Notes under the pieces: generated by a model
The model's database searches: none
Told to the model about the DNA's origin: nothing
The model's input: only the letters and a program-made list of their open reading frames with translations
Made by a program: the position numbers and the translations under genes
Source of the DNA: Candidatus Nomurabacteria bacterium
GTDB lineage: Bacteria > Patescibacteriota > Minisyncoccia > Phycocordibacterales > UBA5272
NCBI GenBank assembly: GCA_029288775.1
Contig: JARIGQ010000004.1
Coordinates: 3,303 to 67,302, forward strand
Direction of reading: 5' to 3'
Length of the DNA: 64,000 bases
Shown here: in pieces, positions 34,001-40,000 of the stretch
Layout: every line of letters starts with the position of its first letter
Numbering within the stretch: the stretch's first letter is position 1

Positions 34001-37000
34001 CCTTGGAAGTGGCAAGTAGCTCAGCCTTCGGTGTGCCTAGCGCCACACAGGCTCCAATTCTTATTCGTGGAGGTGCATCAGGCACTGCGATGCTTACATT
34101 TACACGCACCGTCGGGGCTACTGCTCAGTATTCCTGGGCGCTTGCCGGAGGAGGGCTTTCGTTTAGCGACGATTTAAACGGAGGAGTGACTACTAACGTC
34201 TTTGGAGATAATAATATCAATCAACTCTACATTGGTCAGCGTTCCCGTATTACTGATACCTCAGGTAAGCCATCACTCCTTGCAGGACAAAGCTATTCAA
34301 ACCTAGCTGGTAGTGATATTAATGCTGGACTATTTACTATTCGTGGAGGACTAGGTAATGGAGCTGGAACACCAGGAGATATTACCTTTGAAACAGGGAA
34401 TGTACTTGCTACAGGGTCAACGCCACAGTCAGCAACTCGCCGAATGACTATTTTGGCAAATTCTGGAAACGTAGGTATCGGTACAACAACCCCAGGGTCA
34501 CTTCTTTCAGTACAGGGAAATGGTTACTTCGGAGGTAATTTTACGGCGACAGGTACTATAACTTCTCTTGGTACCGCCACATCATCTTTTGTCGGTGCGT
34601 TAGGAGTCGGTACTTCTACACAAAGTTATAAGTTCGCAGTTATGGGTACAAATGGTATTGGGGTAGACACGGAAAGTGCAGGAGGAAGTGCTGTAGGACT
34701 TGTTTCAATCAATAATGCAACCATTCGATTGAATACTGCAAACTTTGTTCAACTGGAAGGTACGCAAGGTACTAGATTTACAAATAATGGTGCAAGTGTT
34801 GAATACGGAAGAATCACATCTGCAGGTCTCGGCATCGGTACCACAACTCCAGGTTCCAAGCTCTCGGTACAAGGTGATTCATACTTGGCTGGTAACGTGA
34901 CTGCAACGGGTACGCTTAACATGCTTGGAACAAGCAGCTCAACAATTGCAGGTGCGCTATCAATCGGAACTACATCTGCTCCGGCTGCTCTCCTTGATGT
35001 AGGAGGAAACACTCGTATCGGTCTTAACACCATTTCATTCCTCGGTACGGCAACTATTTCAAGCCAGGGACAAATCAACATCAATTCAGGAAGTACCCGC
35101 GACATTCAGCTTAATACCAACACTGGAAACTTCAGCGTCCTTGGTAATGGTAACTCGAACAACTTTACCGTGTTGGGATCGAATGGCAACGTGGGTATCG
35201 GCACTAGTTCACCTTCTTATAAGTTGGAAGTAAACGGAGCAGCAAATATTCGTGTAGCAACAGATCAAAATATGCGCTTCGGCTCAAATAGTAACGGAGC
35301 TTTCTTGGCTACGTATCTGGATACTCAAGCCTCTTTCAATACTATACAGCTTTATGGCAGTACCATCCTTCTTAATCCAAATGCAGGTGGCAATGTAGGC
35401 ATCGGTACTACGACTCCACTTGGATCTAAGCTTGCCGTACAGGGAGATGGATACTTCGGAGGCAATCTTACAGCAACTGGCACACTCACCGTACTTAGTT
35501 CTGCGCTCTTTGGTGGCAACGTGCTTCCAAATGTTACGAACACGTATGATCTCGGTTCTGCTTCAGCTCGCTGGAATAATCTCTTCGTCAATAACTTCAC
35601 TGCATCATCATCAGTTGCGGATTACTTCACCGCAGCTTCAACTACCGCGACAAGTACCTTTAATGGAAACGTAGTGATTGGAAGTGGATCATTCGCATAT
35701 GATGCATCTTCAACCCAGACGACGATTTCCAACCTTGCAATCGGTAACCTTGCATTCGATCAGGATGCAGGCCAGGTATCATGGGTAGATCTTCCAATTT
35801 CTGGAGCAACTGCAACAGGCACCATCATGAGCTACACTTCACAGCTCGGTGGCAACAACATGCTTACTGTTTACGGTGAGCATGATGGTCAGGGTGGTAT
35901 CCAGAATCCACGCTTTGGATTCGGTACGACAACGCCGACATCATACTTCCACATTGCTGCGACAGGTACCAACCCATTCTTCACAGTTGGTACTTCAACC
36001 AACCAGGGTCTCTTCACCATCCTTTCAAATGGTTACGTAGGACTTGGAACTTCTACTCCGTCATCTAATCTTTATATTCAGGGATCTGATGTGACTCCTA
36101 ATTTGACCGTTGCTTCTTCAAGTGGGGCAACACAGTTCACGGTGCTTGCAAATGGCAATGTCGGTATCGGTACTTCAACTCCTGGATCTAAGTTCTCTGT
36201 AACTGGTGATTCATACTTCGGAGGTAATGTGTATGCAACGGGTACGCTCACTAGCGTAGGAGCAATTACGTCTTCTACTGCCACTGCAAGTAGTAGTATT
36301 GCCGGAGGTCTTAAAATCGCTTCGGGAGGGCTTGGGTCACTTCAGAATGGGCTTACAGTAGGAAATACTACAGGACTTAATCACACGGTAGATATTGGCG
36401 CAACCGGTATGGCTACCCTTCGTCTATCGGATTCCGGAGGCCGCTCTATTACATTTGGTTCAAACCGCAACTCATATGATGCTATAAGCGGAACTGCAGC
36501 TTTTGTAGGTGTACAGGATGGAGGAAGTCTCCTTTTGCGTGCGACACAAGGAACGTCTAATCATGTTATTCTTCAGCCGGGAGCGACAGGAACAGTCTAT
36601 GCTATAGGTCAATCATTTGCGGTTGTGCCTAATCCATCAGCTACATACTCAGCACTCTTTAACGTAGGAACAGGGTCGTCTACTCAGCAGCTGGTAGCTG
36701 TCGCTACGACAACAAACGCTGGCATCTTCAACATCCTCGCAAATGGTGCGGTAGGTATCGGTACGACAACTCCTACCACTCCTTTGACAGTTGTAGGCAA
36801 TAGCAGCTTCTTCCCATCGACAAATGGAGTTGTAACTATTGCGAGCGCTAGTTGGAATGCTAATGCTCCTCTTAAGATGGGACAAATCGGTAGTTCTGGA
36901 GCAATTCAGTTTGCTCGCGCAAGCGACGGAAATGGAGTTGCTAGTATCGGATATGCCAGCGGTACAAACAGTACAGACTTCCGTATCGGAAGCAATGGTG

Positions 37001-40000
37001 GATTTGGAACGATCAACTTCGACGTAGCCGGTGTTAATTCTGTAATGACCCTCGATTCAAACAGCCGTGTCGGTATTGGTACAACTTCGCCCGGATCTCT
37101 CTTCTCTGTACAGGGAAATGGTTACTTCGGAGGCAATATTACAGCGACAGGTACAATCACATCGCTTGCAACAGGTACTTCAACTCTTAATGGTAATCTT
37201 TCTCTGGCATACCAGACAGGTATCTTTACAACAAGCAACGGTACAAGTACATTGCTCCAAGTAACTCGTAGCGATGGTACTCAACCAGGTCTCTTCCGTA
37301 CAAACGGATGGAGAGATTTCACTGTAAGCGGCGCGTTTGGCGTAGGTTATGATCTTGCAACCACTACAGGTTCTGCTGGTGCAGGCAATCTCCTTGTGTC
37401 TGGAAATATTGGTATTGGTACAACGAGTCCCGCAGCAGCCCTTCATCTTACAGGTAGTTCTAATATGGCCCTTCGTATCCAGTCTTCTGGCGTAAATGGG
37501 TACGCTGAACTCAAGAATGCTAGCGTGAACGGATCACCTTCACAGTTAAATGTGTCTTCAGATAATAATGACGACACCCAGCCTGCATTTACTATTAACG
37601 CTTTCCGCACTACAGGAGGTGTTGTAGGCAACCTAAATGCAGCAAAGTCACTTCTCTCAGTGGCAGCTAGTGGTACTAGCGTGTTTGATATCAAGCAATC
37701 AGGAAATGTTGGTATCGGTACTTCAACTCCACAGTCTGCACTTGAAATTACTGGTGCGAACAAGAAGCTTACGTTCTCGCTTGCCACTACCACAACTACG
37801 TTCTCACAGATTTACAATGATGGAAATAACCTTAATATTTGGAGTCAAAGCAATAGCGGATCCCTTATTAACTTCCAGGTTAATGCTCAAACTTTGAGCC
37901 TCGCTCCAAATCTTTTCGGGGCATCTAACTATTGGGGCTTTGATGGTCAAACTGTTACAGGGCGAGACTTTGGTATTCGTAGCGGCGCAGGTATGATATT
38001 CACTACAAATACTAGAAACTTTGCAAGTCCAGCCCTCTATCTTGCAAGTAGTTCAGCTATTGCACTTATCGGTGTAGGTACTTCTTCTCCAAGCGCAACA
38101 CTCTTTGTACAAGGTTCTGCTTCATCTACGCTTAACCCATTTGCTGTTGCTTCCTCATCAGGTACTAATCTCTTCACCATTAATCCAAGCGGTAACGTAG
38201 CTATCGGAATGACTCCAGTGTCCGCAGGGCTTGTAATAAATGGTATCGATAACGGAGCAGGAGGATCACCTACTGGAGCTGGAGGTCTACGCGTATATCG
38301 TCCGAATAGTGGATCACAATATATCAGTCTTGATTACTCAGATGGTAGTCAAGGATACCTTACAGCTAATGGAGATAAGGGATTCAACCTTGTAAACTAC
38401 GGCAGCTCTACAGGAAATAATATTCGCATCGTAAATAACTATGCAAACGCAAGCGTAAGCAATGGTATCTTCGTAAGTACTTCCAATAACGTAGGTATCG
38501 GTACCACTACCCCAGGTTCACTCTTTTCTGTACAAGGAAATGCATATGTTGGAGGTAACGTTACTGCAACGGGTACGCTTACCACACTCGGTACAGCAAC
38601 TTCATCTGTGATGGGATCCCTGGTTATCGGTACAAGTACTATGACTTCTGTAGCGGGCCAGCTCGATGTCTTTGCATCTGCTGCAGGAGTCGGTTCATAT
38701 ATTCGTGGCAATAACCCTTCAAATTCAAATAACCTTGTTCTCGGTATTGCAAATGGTTTCAATATTGCACCTACCGCTATGACAGGATTTTACAATGATT
38801 CCGGTAATAACGTTGGTCTTCGATTCTTGGATACTAACGGTGCTGTGTCACGCGCCAAGATTGGTACAAATAGCGATACGTACTTTGCTGTCGGGCTAGG
38901 TAATGTCGGTATCGGTACCTCAACTCCTGGATCTAAGTTCTCTGTAACTGGCGATTCATACTTCGGAGGAAATATTACAGCAACAGGTACGCTCAATGTT
39001 TTCAACAACATCCGTATCTCAGGATCAGGTAATGGTCTTTACTTCCCAGATGGAACATTCATGGGAACTGCAGCGGGTACTTCAACAGGCATTACATCCC
39101 CTACTGATCTTGCACTCGCAGCAGATAACGATACTGATGGATCAGGTGTACTTACTTTCTCAACCTTCGGTCTTGAGAGAATGCGAGTACTTAACAACGG
39201 CTCAATTGGTATCGGAACCACTTCACCAGCTGGTCTCCTCGGGGTAAATGGTGATGGATACTTTGGCGGCAATCTTACTGCAACAGGAACTCTTTTCTCT
39301 TCAAACATTGATACGGATGCCAACAATGCAACTCTTCGTCTAAAGACACAAGGAATAACACGTCTTACAATTGATAATTCAAACACTCAATTCAACAACA
39401 ATGCTATTCCTAATGTTGACAATACTCGCTCGCTAGGTTCACTTTCAGCTAGATGGAATTCACTTAATATTGGTACAGGAACATCAACTTTTGCTGGCGC
39501 TGTAGGTATAGGCACCACAACACCTGCTGAAGCTCTTGAAGTTGCTAATGGGAATATTCAGATCGGGTTCAATCAGTTCTTGAAGGGTCGATCAGCTAGC
39601 GGTGCATCCTTCAATCTTATTGGTGTTAATTCATCAGGAAATACAACTGTAGGTAATCTCAACCATCTTATCTTCATCGCTAGCGGTGCTGAACGTGCTC
39701 GTATCGATGGTCCAACAGGAAACTTCGGTATCGGTACTACTTCACCTGGATCACTCCTTTCCGTACAAGGAAATGGTTACTTCGGAGGTAACCTTACTGC
39801 GACAGGTACGATAACTGGTGCAAGTACTATTACTGCTTCAGGTCAGATTACATCAGGTAATATTGGTTTTCAAACAATCGGTAATGGTAATGGTACATGG
39901 TTTGGAAGGCAGCTCACTATTACGGGTGGAACCTATATTGTCAGTGCGGCCAATGGTACGACGTTTAATTCTGCTACGACATCTTTCAATGGAGCTGTTG